A stretch of DNA of 64,000 bases from Eledone cirrhosa (lineage: Eukaryota). Positions 25,205 through 39,600 of the stretch are shown here, piece by piece. Positions within the stretch are counted from its first letter, which is position 1. Each line of letters opens with the position of its first letter. The notes under the pieces were generated by a model. It was not told the DNA's origin and made no database searches. It saw nothing but the letters and a program-made list of their open reading frames with translations. The stretch lies in contig OZ024758.1 in NCBI GenBank assembly GCA_964016885.1, positions 31,930,001 to 31,994,000 of the forward strand, in the 5' to 3' direction. A program made the translations under genes and the position numbers.

Positions 25205-25571
25205 GTAGTTAGGTATAAACGTTTGGAGTTAGAAGGCCAGCATAATGCAGGTATGGATATAGAATAAAAATACAAATGCAAAAGATATTGCTGACAATTA
25301 GTCTTTTACCATAAATTTATTTGAATATCCTTAATTTTTGAGATAAATCACTTCTTCGGAGGGTAAGTAAAGGGGTTAATCCAGTGTTCTAATTAGCTTG
25401 CCAAGTCATGCTGACTTTACTTCCCTCCGAAGAAGAGATATTATCTCAAAAATTAGGGATATTCAAATTAATTTAAGGTAAAAGACTAATTGTCAGCAAT
25501 ATCTTTTGCATTTGTATTTTTATTCTATATCCATACCTACATTGTTCTGGCTTTCTAACTCCAAACGTTTA
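25205..25571. repeat. Foldback inverted repeat (~155-bp arms), pLTR-like
   Basis: ~25215-25371 is the reverse complement of ~25415-25571. It lies between TA tracts. Confidence 0.8.
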
Positions 25572-25599
25572 CATATATATAAATATATATAGTATTTAC

Positions 25600-28362
25600 G
25601 TATCGAGAAAGAGAAAAAAAGGGGGGATAGGTGATACATATAGTTATTTGCCAAGTAGCGTATGCCAAAGGTGCTCGATACTAGTGCCGGCAGTATTAAA
25701 TATTCGAAGTGTTAATATTTAGTGGGCTAGAGAGTTAGCAGAGAGTAAGCACGTGGGAAAGTAAAAAAATCGGAGAATAGACCGTTAAAACATGTTTATT
25801 TAAAATATCACCTACGTACGTTTCGCCCAGTTGGGCTTCTCAAGGGCATAAATAATCACAAGTGTTCCTTATATTGCTCGGAAAGAGTTTTTGGGGTTAA
25901 ATCCACATCAAGGTTCATTGCTCGCAAAAATATCTTGTTTTGATTTTGCAGCAGGTCAAGGGAGGTAACTCTGGCCGGACAATTTTTTTTTTTTTTTTTT
26001 TTTTTTTTGCCGCATCCGTTTGTCTGAGGCTGGGTCTGGTATGCAAGGATTGTTTCCTGGGTGTTATTTTGCAGCGCCTGCCCGCCGGGGTGTTAAGACT
26101 TGTTGCAGGGAGATCCAGTGTACTATTTCACTCTTCATCCTTAACCCATCTGAAGAAGGATATTTTTAAGCGATGTGTGCAACTTATCGCTGTTTCAGCT
26201 CTGCTGTTGATGAGCTCGTGGGGGTGCAGTTATGATGTGGTAGAGCTCCATGAGGCAAAGATCGCATTTCCTCTTGAAGTTGTACGGTGCAGCCCTGCCG
26301 ACAATCTCCGCCGACAAGTGCGTGGAGAAGCTGATGTTTAAGTCCTTTAGTGATGTGATGTAGTCCGCGAGCGAAGCGGAGTGCCTTAGTTTTCTATTTG
26401 TGAAAGAGTGGAGATGTGTTCGAAACCTAATTTTGAACGGGCCGGAGGTGGCCCGTATATAATGTTTAACACTATTGTGGCTAGTAATAGTGCATCTATA
26501 TATAACCCTATCAGTCAAGCAGTATCCTCTAAGGGGGCAGCGTCCTCTGTCGCGGCAGTTGCAATTTCTGTCGCGGTTCCGTCTATTTCCCACGGTAAGG
26601 CTATCATTGTTGCTGCCTACGTTGTTACCTACGCTACCGCAGCTGTCGTTAGCACAATTACAACCCACAGCACGCGGGGTGGTGCGATTGTTATTCCGCA
26701 CGTCATGTTCTGCATGTTCCCCAGTCATTTCGCGGTCATTCTGGTTGCGTCTGCGGATGCCGTTGCCAACACTATTGGATGCTGCCAGGGAGTTGTTAAG
26801 GCCGATATAGTTATTGTCAGGTGTATGTGCGTCTGTGTCGAGGTGCTGTGTCTTGGTGATCTTACTGTGGTTCGTTGTTCCTATGATGTCTGCTAGGTTA
26901 GGAGTAGTAGAGAAGGATATTTTTATATTGTTCCTATTAAGAATTTTTCTATACCTATGGTTGGGCGGGAAGTTCTTCTCTAAGGCTTCGAAGAACATCC
27001 GGGGTATGTTGGAGGCCACACTCCGAGAGTAGGGGGGGGGGGGGGCATAGGACGTTACGGTGGCGATTACGTGTCCTTGTACTTTTGCTACGGGTGGTTC
27101 CATCTAAGTGACCGCTCTTATGTGTGTTAATGCGCAGTCGCCCGTTCGGTGTCCCTTTCACTTTATGCTCGGGTGCACTCATTCTACCTCTTCCATGTTT
27201 ATGTACACGAAGATGTTGGTTGGAAGGCATTGGTAGTAGGCCGTCGCCTTTGTTGGTTTTGTAATAGGGGAATAGTTTGAGTAATCTACAGTGTTCACCG
27301 TCGCCGGGGACGTGATCTTTGGTGCGGTTATCTATTCTATTATATCCGACTTCAACGAGGTCGCCGCGTGATCGGTTATAGGTATGGCTTACTATAACGT
27401 TAGTTTTATGAGGGGGGTGGTTTCTAGAGCTAGCGTTAGGGATGTAGGAAATATAGGGTATATCCCGACCAGGTCAGTTGCTTGCGCTGAGTCACTGGAC
27501 CCCATCGTGACATCGAAGTTATCAGGACGGTTGGTTCTGGTCCAGTGGGAGCCTTCGAACTGGATAATGGTTCTACGTGCCGCTAGAATTATGTCTATTT
27601 CTTTTTTAGTGAGGCTAGTGTTAGATCTAGCTAAGATAAGTGCCTTATTTAAGAGTATGGGGGAGATAGAGGCGTAGTAGCTATCTATATCAAACTGGAT
27701 GAATTTCAGGGTGGCTTTATCCGGCAACTCGGTGAACCAATTTATGACCTGGTCGGTGTTGCCCCAGAGGCAGACCTTAGCCTTTCTATTAAGCTCGAGT
27801 AGTACTCTGTCGAGGATCACTTTACTAATCTTACCTATATCTGATGTAGAGGGGCATATTAGTCTAATAGAGGGGCTTTCATTAAAGTCATATTTGTGAT
27901 CCTTTCAGAGGGACGTACGGGTTAGTGTACTTTTCTATTTCTAAGCTGGTGACTATATCCTTCCCTACTCTATTTATGTCATTTAGGGTACTAGAGGGTG
28001 TCTTTTTGTAGTCTTTGTGTAGTTCCTTATAGATGAATTTTTTATACTCACTCGCGTCCATCTTGTACAGCTTTTTGGTTTTGTCGGAGGTGACGAAAAG
28101 GAAAAAAAAATTTGTCCGGGAAAGACTGCCCTAACACCGGCCAGAGTTACCTCCCTTGACCTGCTGCAAAATCAAAACAAGATATTTTTGCGAGCAATGA
28201 ACCTTGATGTGGATTTAACCCCAAAAACTCTTTCCGAGCAATATAAGGAACACTTGTGATTATTTATGCCCTTGAGAAGCCCAACTGGGCGAAACGTACG
28301 TAGGTGATATTTTAAATAAACATGTTTTAACGGTCTATTCTCCGATTTTTTACTTTCCCACG

Positions 28363-28363
<1 letters not shown>
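25600..28363 (-). mobile_element. Penelope-like (Naiad) element, 5'-truncated, with inverted pseudo-LTR
   Basis: DHKYDFNESPSIRLICP, FIQFDIDSYY, FDVTMGSSDSA, CNCRDRGRCPLRGYCL, VIY...HYI and KCDLCLME. 25751-25990 is inverted at 28102-28363. Confidence 0.88.
28265..28307 (+). ncRNA. Hammerhead-like motif with altered 5' core (second copy at 25806-25848, minus strand)
   Basis: TGCC-CTTGAGA-A-GCCC aact GGGC-GAAA-CGTACG-TA-GGTG, then AATAAA. The core deviates from CUGANGA. Confidence 0.5.
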
Positions 28364-28437
<74 letters not shown>

Positions 28438-28789
28438 TAGTGAGGCGAGGTTAACTAAAACCATTGCAAATATTAGTTCTTCTTATGTATAATGTGTGTG
28501 ATTATGTGTTTATGTGATTATGTGTGTGTTTGTGTGTTTATATGTTTATGTGTATAATGTGTGAGGTTATGTGTTTATGTGTGTGTGTGTTGATAATGTG
28601 TGTGTTTCAGTGTTTATAATGTGTGTATGACTATGTACATTTTTGTGTGTGCACATGTGTGACTATGTGTATTTTCGTGTGTCTGACTATATGTATTTCT
28701 GTGTGTGTGTGTGTGCATGTTTGTGTCTATGTGTATTTTTGTGTGTGTGACTATGTGGTCTCATAGCGTACAATTGGGATAAAGTCATG

Positions 28790-31700
28790 CCAGGTGGAGT
28801 GGGTCCCAGGTTCAAAAGGCTAAGGGTGCCATGTGGGCACATAAAACACCCATAGCCCACGGGACCAAACATGGAACAGTCAATGTTTTCTTCACAGACC
28901 CACAAGAAGCCAGGGAACATTCCATTACACCCCTGCAAAGTGCAGAGATAACAATGATGCCCACCTACTGCGGACAAAAAGTTGTTCGAGTTTGCATAAC
29001 TCAAGTTCCGCCCAGAATAACCATTCCCTGGCTGATGGCAGCTGTCCTCACTGACGTCAAGGAAAACCATTTGATCTTGGAGATCACCAAGATAAAACAA
29101 GAAGTCTGGATAGGATCGGGGATGGAGCTCCTAATCCAAATGGACCATAAAAACATAGAGGCCATCCCCAATGTTATTGACCTTGACGAAAATACCCAAC
29201 TACCTGTGGCCTGTATTGTGTGTGGGAACAAAACCCACCTAAAGGTCTTCTGCCTAAACCAAACCAAGGTGGGAACAAGGATCCCTCTCCTCTCTATGCC
29301 AGGGCCCATGATGGGAACTGTGGTTAGAAAAAGCTATCTCACTTACCGCTTTTCATAGGCGCCGCTAAATTCCACTGCAGGTTACTCCTCTTCCACGTGC
29401 GTCCAACTGCTTAACACCGGGAGCTGCCAAAACTCGCGTCCACACCGTTGCTGGTCACCACTAGAGAGGCCCTCTGCTGGCCCTTCCGGTCGAGCATCCT
29501 TCCGGCCAACCACCCTTCCGGTCGAGCACTCCCCCGCTTCCGGCCACCACACGCCACACCATACCCACAGGAACAACACAACTGTTTGTGGCAACTGTAG
29601 CTGCAAAAGCCCCAACACGAACATCAGCACCAAAAACTTCAAAAACAAAACCACCAACAAAACCACCAACACCATGGAAAACTTACCCCTCCCTGTCATT
29701 ACACAGTTCAACACTGAGTGTGATGATGCTGAGGAAAGCCAAAAGAAAAAACTCGCCCCCTTCGCCCTTAAAACAAAAAAAAGATCAAACACTCAGTACC
29801 ACCATCCACACCACTATCACCACCACCTACACCATCATCACAACCAACTCCATCACCACAGCAAACACCAAAGACATCAACAACACTGCACACACAATAC
29901 ACAGCAATAGACATAAACAACCGAAACCTTTTAAATTACTTACAACACCGACATTACACAAACAAGTTATGCACAACCACAAAATATTGCACCCCACCAC
30001 ACATAAAAATTATACAAATCACACAACAAAAGACATATATGCTTTTAAAAACTAAGTTCCCCGAGGCTGTTGGAGACTTTAGAGAAAATTTCTCAAATAG
30101 AATATATTCTGATATTCTTGTGGAGAAACACACACCAAGCCAGAGGGTTGATTCACACATTCTCCCCACAAAAAGCAAAAAGTAAGTCTCTCTCTCTCAC
30201 TTGTTTCCTCCTACTTTATCGAAAATGGCTTCTCTCAGATTAGGCAGCATAAATGCACGTAGCCTGGGGTAGTCTTAGAAGCAGGGCCACCTGCTCATCG
30301 ACCTCAGGTCTCTGAACATAGATGTGGTGGCCATCAGCAAGACCAGAATCTCTGAGGCACGGGCTTTGCATTACCAAGCTGTCCTGGATCTGGAGGTAGA
30401 GTAGCCGTGTTGTTTTGGAGAGGTTTGGATCTCTTCTTGGACCCAGAAGGTAAGTTGGTGATGCTGGACGTGACCAACAGAGAAGGGCATGCTTTCAGAC
30501 TGGTAACTATCTACGCCCCAACAGGGGCAGGATGGCCTGATTTCTTCCGGTGACTGGAGACCTTTCTAGGAACGTCCCGCTCTTTAGTTTTAGTGGGTGA
30601 CTAGAATAGGATCTTGGATAGGGGAGGAGGGTCTAAAAGCCTAGCAAACTTGCTCAGATGGTTCCAACTGTCTGACAGGTTCCATCCGGATTTCCCGAAT
30701 CTGTCTGTGTGGACATGGACAAACTGCATCAGGTTACCCAGATCATATCTTGATAGGGTATTTTGTAGGGATATAGATAGGATTAGCATAGGATGTTCAA
30801 TTTTCAAGATGGTTGGCTGCACAAGCCACAAATTTGTGATCTGCGTGGTCCACCTAGATAGGTTACATAGGCAGGGACCCAAATACTGGAAGCTGAACAC
30901 CTCACTACCGGTGTGTAAAGACTACAGGGATCAGACTAAGGCAGGCATCAATAACAAATGGTGGATCAAAGTAGAATTCATTAGGTTTAGCAAGGTGATA
31001 GTGATAGAAAAGAATAGACAAGAGGGAGAACTAGTCACAAAACTAGATGAAACGCTTTGTAAAGGCATTGCGACCGATGTGCAAGGGGCCAGATTGGCCC
31101 TCAACCAATTCTTCAATGCTAAGCATGAAGGCTGCATTGTCAGAGCTAGGATGCATGCACTCAGACATAAGGGGAAGAAAGCCGTTCAATGAGCCTGGGT
31201 GTTGGAGACGCAGCATGGCAATAAAGCCACAATCCGGTCTTTAGCGCATGCTAGTCGATCCCAAGAAGATGTATGTAGCCTTTCAGCAGCACTTCACTCA
31301 ACTGTTTGAGAGCAGTGACAGCCTGCCGTAGCTCTCAGCAACAGAAGGTGAGTGCTGTGAAATGCCAATAACTACTGCTGAAAGCTTTCGATAGGGTCGA
31401 CCATCAATACCTGGCGGCTGGCTTTGGGTGGGTCGCTGTCATGCACAACAACATATGCTCTGTGGTGAGCATGAATGGTCACCTTTTGAAACCTTTCAAC
31501 ATCATGCACTCTGTCCACCAAGGTTGTCTCCTCTCACCCCTGTTGTATGTATTGACTCTAGAGCCATTACTGCACAAACTGGAAATGATGAGAAGCATCC
31601 TGCGAGAACTGGTATGCGGGAGAACCATGTCAGCCTATGCTGATGACGTCATTGTGTTGAACACCAAACACATTGAGGTGATCAGCACTATTCTAAGAGA

Positions 31701-33220
31701 ATATAAGACGGTGACAGGTGAAAAGATTAACCAGGAAAAGTCAGAGGGCCAGTGGTTTGGCACCTGGAGAGACAGGTCCATGCTGTCCAACAGCAATTTT
31801 GGGCACTGGATGGATGAACTGGTTAAGTTGCTAGGGGCCTAGTTTGGTCCAGACCTCCAGATGGACAGAAATTGGGATGAAGTGGCAAGCAGGGTGGCCT
31901 ATCTCACTCAGAAATGGGCTGAGAGAAAGCTATCCCTGAAAGGTCGGGCAGAAGTGGCGAACGCGTACATTGTGACTGTCATCTACTACCGCCTGACCAT
32001 TGTGCCTTGTCCTAAGCTCCATCTGGCTGCAATGGAGTGTTTATTCTTTTGCTTTTTGTGGAAGGGACACACTTCGATGGTCAGGCAGTCAATCTGTTGT
32101 GAACACCCACTACATGGCGGACTGGGCATGCTGTGGCTGATGATGTGCAGACATACCCTGAGACTATGACATCTCCAGATTTTCCTAGATGGTGAACATA
32201 TGTGGTTGCTTTTGCTAGACACGTATTTCCTCAGCTCATCTCCTTGATGGAGCTGCAATCTTGGGTCAAGCAGAGGGAGTGCTTGGAAACTGGAATGTCC
32301 CCAAGCCCTAACTGCCCTTTGCCAATTGGGCTTTGTGATCGGTAGAAACTCCACCTTGGCTTTCTATAGAGGATTAGTGGAGGGCAAATGCGATGACGTC
32401 TTTAGGAAAACTCTGGGTGTCAATGAAAGCCAACTAGCTATTGTCTTCTGGAGGACTTTCGGTCGAGGGCCAATGGATAACTTCCGGAAATCCCTGGCCT
32501 GGCAGTGTTACTAGGGAGCACTGCCAGTTCGAGATAAACTTTACAGGCATGGAGGAGCAGTCAGCCAGGCCTGCCTGAGATGCGTGCAGGGCAATGAGAC
32601 CGTCCTGTATACACTCGTCCAGTGTCTGAGTATCACTGACTTGTGGGTTTATGTTGAACATCTGCCTTCGTGTGTAGGACAGGTCAGGCTATCAGCTGAG
32701 TCCATCATGAAGATTGCCCCACCTTTAACCAGGAAGAGCAGGCAGTTTTTATTTGTCTGATAGCCATGGTAAAAGAGGCATATGGGTGACGCATTGAAAA
32801 GGGTTTTAGACGGGCACCTTCCTCTTCAGCGATGCTCTCATTAATTTTTTCAGGTTTTACCTGAAAAGGAAAATCAAGGTGGAGGGGGAAGTGCTACCTT
32901 CCCACCAGTTTGTTGAAAGGTGGGTGAGAGAAGCAAGAATGGCCTGTGAGAATGGGCTTGCTCTGAGCATGTGTCTGTAGTATTATAGGACAGCTGGGAG
33001 AGGGTGCTTGCCCTAGAGGTCAAAGTGATCATGGCTTTTGTGAGCTTTCTCAACGAGTAACCCTTGGCATCTCCTCACCTCTTGGGAATTTGATATCTTT
33101 GTATTTTTTAAATGTTTATTTTCTTAATCTCTGTTATAATTTTTATTTCACACACTGTATCATCCTGAACCATCTTTAATGTCTCTTTAATGTGAGCACC
33201 ATGTGGATAATAAAGAAAGC
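28790..33220 (+). mobile_element. L1/Tx1-like LINE, near full length and decayed
   Basis: ORF1 with a CIVCGNKTHLKVFC knuckle. ORF2 with APE (SINARSL, IYAP, SYLDRVF, YWKLN), RT (KAFDRVDH, SVHQGCLLSPLLY, AYADDV) and a C-terminal CxxC. AATAAA near 33207. Confidence 0.85.
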
Positions 33221-33554
33221 ATTATGAATTTGTATCAATGCCAACCATTATAGCATAATTCTAAGATCACACACACACATACATGAACATACCCAAACAC
33301 AGAAATACACACATGCACATAAACTCAATCACACACACACACGAATACCCACAAACAACACACACAAACACACATACACAAACACACACACACACACACA
33401 CATACATTCATATAATTCTCTGAAATGTACTTTTCCTTGTGTTACATTATGAACAGTCAAATAATAGGTGATAGAACATCAGACAAGGAATTATAATGAG
33501 CTAAATATAAATCTTGTGTCTACAATCCATACTTTATTATTTTGAAATAACAAA

Positions 33555-33925
33555 AGGGCGGTGGATTGGCAGTATCGGTAGAGCATCAGACACCATGCTT
33601 TGCAGTATAGAGTTATGTCCCTTTACGTTCTGAGTTCAAATCCCGCCGAGATTATTTTTGCCTTTCATCCCTTCAGGGTCGATAAAATAAAGCACCAGTA
33701 GTGCACTGGGGTAATTGCAGGTCTTGCGCCTAAAATAGAAACAATTATTTTGGAATAAGTTGTTTTCGAAGGTGGTTAATTGGCAAAGTCATTAGAATGT
33801 TGGATAGAATGCTTTGTGGTATTCGTTTCGGCTCTCTGCTCTCTGCGTTCAAATCCCGCTGAAGTCAACTTTACCTTTCATTCATTTGAGGTTGATAAAA
33901 AAGTACCAGTCTACTATTAGGGTCG
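33555..33925 (+). mobile_element. Two tandem tRNA-derived SINEs
   Basis: ggcggtggattggcagtatcggtagagc...gagttcaaatccc plus core. A second, diverged copy starts at ~33770. Confidence 0.8.
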
Positions 33926-34072
33926 ATTCTTCCTCTATATCTCTCCCTCACTTCCACTCTCTCACTCTGCCGTATTCATACCTGGTGAGGAGAAGGGCTA
34001 CACTATCTTTAAAAGAGCCCTTGAAATGCCGTATGTCAATATGGTTCCTCTACGGTTCCATCAAGAGTTACC

Positions 34073-35928
34073 GAGATGGTAGGTCACACCATAGCCACAC
34101 GTATTGTTAACCAGGTGATACTAGAAGGTGTCATACCGAATGATTGGTGCAACAACACCATTGTCAACTGCTACAAGAGTAAAGGTGATGCACTAGATAG
34201 AGGAAACTATAGAGGTATCAAGCTGATGGACCAGGTCATGAAAGTAACAGAAAGAGTGATAGCACAGCTGATTAGGGATCGAGTAAATATAGAAGAGATG
34301 CAGTTCGGATTTGTACCAGGTAAAAGCACTGCAGATGCTTTCTTCCTGGTGAAGCAATTACAGGAAAAGAACCTAATTAAAAGTAAGCCATTCTACATGG
34401 CATTTGTTGATCTGGAGAAAGTTTTCAACAGAGGCCTGGTGGGTTCTTAGAAAACTAGGAGTAGACAAGTGGCTTGTGAAGGCTGTACAAGACATGTATT
34501 GAGGAATAGTCAGCAAATTTAGGATTAACAATGATTATCACGAGGAATTTAGAGTACAAGTTGGCATCCACCAAGGCTCTGTTCTTAGCCATCTCCTGTT
34601 TATTATCATACTACATATGACATCATACTACTATAAGAGAGGAGTTTAAGACTGGCTGCCAATGGGAACTCCTGTATGTAGATGATCTCACACACACAGC
34701 GGAATCTATGGCAAAACTAGAGAAGAAATTCGAAAGATGGAAGCAGGGCCTAGAAAAAAGGGGTCTTAAAGCCAACCTGACAAAGACTAAGGTCCTAGTG
34801 AGTAGAAAAGTAAACAGAACTCTGATCCTCTCAGGGAAATGGCCCCGCTCAGTATATGGGAAAGGTGTAGGTAAAAATTTCATCCACTGCTCAAAATGCA
34901 AACTATTGGTACACATGACATGTGGTGGGATCTCAGGAAGTTTAGCTAAGAATGTAGGCTTTACATGTAGCGGTTGTACTGGGACAGTAAACATCCAGTA
35001 TCAAATTCTGGGAAGGCTTGGTAGAAACAGTAGACAGCTTCTAGGGAAGTAGGGTGTTCTGAAAGTACAGTAGCTAGAGTAAGAACAGGATGGAAGAGGT
35101 TCAGGAAACTACTGCCACTGCTGGCTACAAAAGGCTTTTCCCTCAAAATGAAAGGCAGACTGTATGATGCATGTATATGAACAGCAATATTGCATGGTAG
35201 TGAGACCTGGGCGCTGTGTGCAGAAGACTTGCATAGATTAGAAAGAAATGAAGCTTGCATGTTCTGATGGATGTGTAATAGTAATATATGTGAACGGCAA
35301 AACATAAACAAACTGAGAGAGAAACTAGGCATAAGAGGAATCAGGTGCAGTGTGCAGGAAAGGAGATTGCATTGGTATGGACATGTGATGCGTATGAAGG
35401 ATGGCAGCTGTGTTAAAAGGAGCTGAGCGCTCAAAGTTGATGTAGGCCATGCAGTGGGGAGACCCAGAAAGACTTGGGATGAGGTGATAAAAGCTGACCT
35501 TGCCCACAGGCACAAGCCAAAGCTGAAGCATATATATTATGCACCACCCCACCTACACATCTCCCATGAGGACAAGCTGAAGTATTCATCCAGTGAGCCT
35601 CCAGCCTACACTGTAAAGTGGTCATGATGGCAACATGACAAATAGGGCCCAGCCCACACTGTAAAGTGGTAGTGTAAGTGTCACAGCAAAAAGCACTCAG
35701 TCCACACTGTAAAGTGGTCGTGTAGGCGTCATGACAAAGAGTACACAGTACTCACTGTAAATGAGGTTGGTGTTGGGAAGGGCATCCAGCTGTAGAAACC
35801 AAGCCAAAATCGGTTCTGTATGAGCAAGACATGGTCACCTGACCTACCATTTCTTACAACAGGATAACTCATCTAACCCATGTTAGCATGGAAAATGGAT
35901 GCTAAACAGTAATGATGATGATGATGAT
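34073..35928 (+). mobile_element. RTE LINE, 5'-truncated and decayed
   Basis: KGDALDRGNYRGIKL, FVDLEK, PHD remnant, HGSETW. 3' UTR with ~45-bp subrepeats and a (GAT)n tail. Confidence 0.9.
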
Positions 35929-36691
35929 CTACTGACGTCAATGTTTATTAACTAGTTATCTTTAGTTGCTTAGTTTCCCTACTACCCTATCAGATATACA
36001 CAAACACATTCCATTACTATGTGGAATGTGTTTGTGTATATCTGATGAAATGATTTTATCTAAATAGTTATGTATCAGTTGTTGTTGTTGTTGAGCCCAG
36101 GTCAAATTTCATTGAGTAAATCTATGATTAAAGCATTCCAGTTCTGATCATTCTATTGTATTTTCAGACAATATATCCATCCAAGACTACTATTGAAAGT
36201 GTATCATTACAATTTTGAGAAAGAAGAGTACGGTTTGAGGGTTACTTAGTTTGATGTTTTAGGGATTTTTTTCTTATAGGTGGAGCAACCAGGTACAGGT
36301 TTCCTGGTTGGTTTGTTATCACACATGTATGTGTACAGATATGTTTAACTGTCATAAACTACATATCTGTATATACACAATACTGAGTAAAAGTATGTTT
36401 CTCTGGCTTGTAGCTTGCTATCAGTTATTTTCACCAAGGTTCATATTTAGAACAGAAGAAAAATAAGTATTAAAGATTTCTGAATTATTCCATACTTAAA
36501 ATGCAAAGACTGTTCGTTTCAAGAACAAATTAGAAAGTCAGGAATTTGCTGTTGAAACAGCAAGAGCTCAGTTGTTGGGCAACCACTCTCTAATATACTT
36601 ACATTCCAGGTGTTGAGTATTCTGCTGAATAATAGTCTTACTAATTTAAAACTGGTATAATCCTGATCTCTCTCACTCTCTCTGTGTATAT

Positions 36692-39600
36692 ATCATCATC
36701 GTCATCATCATTGTTTAATGTCTATCTTCCACGCTAGCATGGGTTAAACGGGAATTGTCCCACATGAGGCAAGATTGATCGGGCGACCATGTCTAGCTTG
36801 TATAGGACTATCTGGCAGGTTTTCTATGGCTGGATGCCCTTCCTAACACCAACCACATTTACAGTGTGGACTGGGAACTTTTTACCATGTTACCTACACG
36901 ATCACATTACAGCGTGGACTGTGTGTTTTTTTGTCGTGACACCTACACAACCTCTTTAGTTTGGACTGGATGTTGTGGTACCAACATAACTTTACAGAGA
37001 AAGGGGTGGTATTGATGGGGGTGCGAGGATGGAGTAGGGGTGGTGATTTGGGGTGTATATTTGGTTAAGAGGTGCCTACTGACTGTAGGTTAACTTTGAA
37101 CGTAGGGAAGACGAGTCTTCTGTATTACTGCGTGGCGCCAAAGATCTCGATCCAGTGACATTGCCTTAGAGAGGTGCAAGTGTGTAAGGTCGGACTTTAT
37201 CATGTCGTCCCAGGTTTTTCTGGGTCTACCTACTCCATTACTTCCATCAATTTTGATCACCCTGCACTTTTTTATACAGCTGTCATCTTTCATGCACATC
37301 ACGTGACTATACCAACATAGTCTTCTCTCAAGTAAACAGCATCTGATTCCACTTATTCCTAATTTCTCCCTTAGTTCATTTATGATTTGCTGTTCACGTA
37401 TATTACTATTACACATCCAACGGAGCATGCATGCTTCGTTCGTTTCCAGTCTGCGCAGGTCCCCTGCACACAATGCCCAAGTCTCACTGCCATGTAACAT
37501 TGATGTTCGTATGCAGGCATCATTCAATCTGCCTTTCATTTTTAGAGAGAAACCTTTAGCGGCCAATAGTGGTATAAGCTCTCTGAACTTTTTCCATCCT
37601 GTTCTAACTCTGGCTACTGTACTTTCAGAGCACCCTCCAACATTGCTGATTTTGTCACCCAGGTAAAGGAAAGTGTCCACTATTTCTTTAGAACCATCTG
37701 GGCAATAGAAGGAGCTAGTGTCCTGTGGGCACCTGCTACTTATTGCACCTGAGCACCGGCCACATATAAAATCTATGTTCTTAGATAGCTTGCCTGTGAT
37801 CCTACTACATCTTTTATGTACCCATAGTTTGCATTTGGGACATAAAATGGAATTTTTACCTACTCCTTTCCTACATACTGAGCATGGCCATTTCCCAGAG
37901 GGCACCTGTGCCCTATTTTCCTTTCTACATACTAGAACTTTAGTCTTAGACAAGTTAACTTTAAGACCTTTTGATTCTAGGCCATGCTTTCATGTTTGGA
38001 ATTTCTTCTCTAGTTCAGCCATTGATTCAGCTATGAGCGTTAGATCATCTGCATAGAGAAGTTCCCATAGGCAGCCAGTCTTAAACTCCTCTGTTATAGC
38101 CTGAAGGGCAATAATAAACAGGAGGGGGCTAAGGACAGAGCCTTGATGAACACCAACTTTTACGCTAAATTCTTCACTATATTCGTTGTTAATTCTAACC
38201 TTGCTGACTGTTTCTTTATACATGGCTTGTATAGCTCTGACAAGCTATTCATCAACCCCTAGTTTTCTAAGGGCCCACCAGTGCGGGGAACTCTGTCAAA
38301 TGCTTTCTCCAAGTCAACAAAAGCTAAGTATAGGGGTTTACTTTTAGCTAGGTATTTCTCCTGTAGTTGTCGTACAAGGAAAAGGGCGTCTGTGGTACTT
38401 TTACCTGATACAAACCCAAACTGCATTTCATCTAGATCAATTCGATCTCCGATTAGTTGTGCTATAACTCTTTCTGGGACCTTCATGACCTAGTCAACTA
38501 ACTTAATGCCTCTATAGTTTCCCCTATCTAGAGCATCTCCTTTACCCTTGTAGCAGTTAATGATGATGCTGCTACACCAGTCATTTGGTATAATCCCATT
38601 CTGTATTACTTGGTTTACTATCCGGGTGACCATAGAATGTCCCACTATTCCAGATGCCTTCAACATCTCAGCAACTATCTCTGAAGGCCCAGCTGCCTCG
38701 CCTGTCTTCATATCTTTGATTGCCTTACTTATTATACTACCTTCAACTTGCACTGCTGGTCCCTCTATTGGATCGATGTGGGGCAGTCTATCTTTTTCCC
38801 ATTTATTCTCCTCATTTAGTAGCCTCTCATAGTGACATTTCCAAGCTACCTTCTTATCAGTATCAGTGAGGGCAAGTACACCATGATCATTATGGACACA
38901 CGTGTCCCCGACAATATCACGGTTTTCCTTGACACATTGTCTAGCAATCCTGAACACCTCACGTTTTTGCTCCTCACGTTGTAGAGCATTCTTGAACTTT
39001 CTATCCTCTGCTTCCTTTCTTGCGAAGTTCACTTGTCTCCTAGCTTCCCTCCTGGCCACTTGATAGTCTTCTCTACTTCCCCCATCGCGCCATACTTTCC
39101 AAGCCTGCTTTTTGGCCTTGATTGACTCCTCCACCTTACTGTTCCACCACCATGTTACTCTCCTCCTGCCTATAGGTCTGCTCCAGCCACAGATTTCATC
39201 TGTTGCCTTCAGCAGGTTAACTTTCAAGAATTCCCACTGTTCCTCTATATTGTACGACTCTAATTGCTCTTCCTTACTGTCAAAAGCATCAAGTAATATG
39301 CTTTTAAATTTATTACTGTTTGTGAGGTCCTTTAACTTCCATATTTTTCTCCTCAAAATAGTCCTCCTCTGTCGTCGAGTACGTCTCGTCCTGACTATGA
39401 GGTTGCTAACTATGACGTTATGTTGTGAGGTGCATTCTTCACGGGGGACGGATTCAGTGTTTACAACAGACACTCTGTCACGTCTTCTGGTAAGGATATA
39501 ATCTATCTGACTGGTGTATTCCCCTGATCTATAGGTGATCAAGTGATTATTTCGTTTTTTGAAGCTTGTGTTACAGATAGGTAGGTTATTTGCGTCACAG

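Noticed and set aside
33555-33650. tRNA gene
   Set aside because: The A and B boxes belong to a SINE head that continues into the SINE core; there is no cloverleaf.
36430-36640. Possible host exon with splice-like signals
   Set aside because: No convincing ORF or recognisable peptide; the signals are expected by chance.
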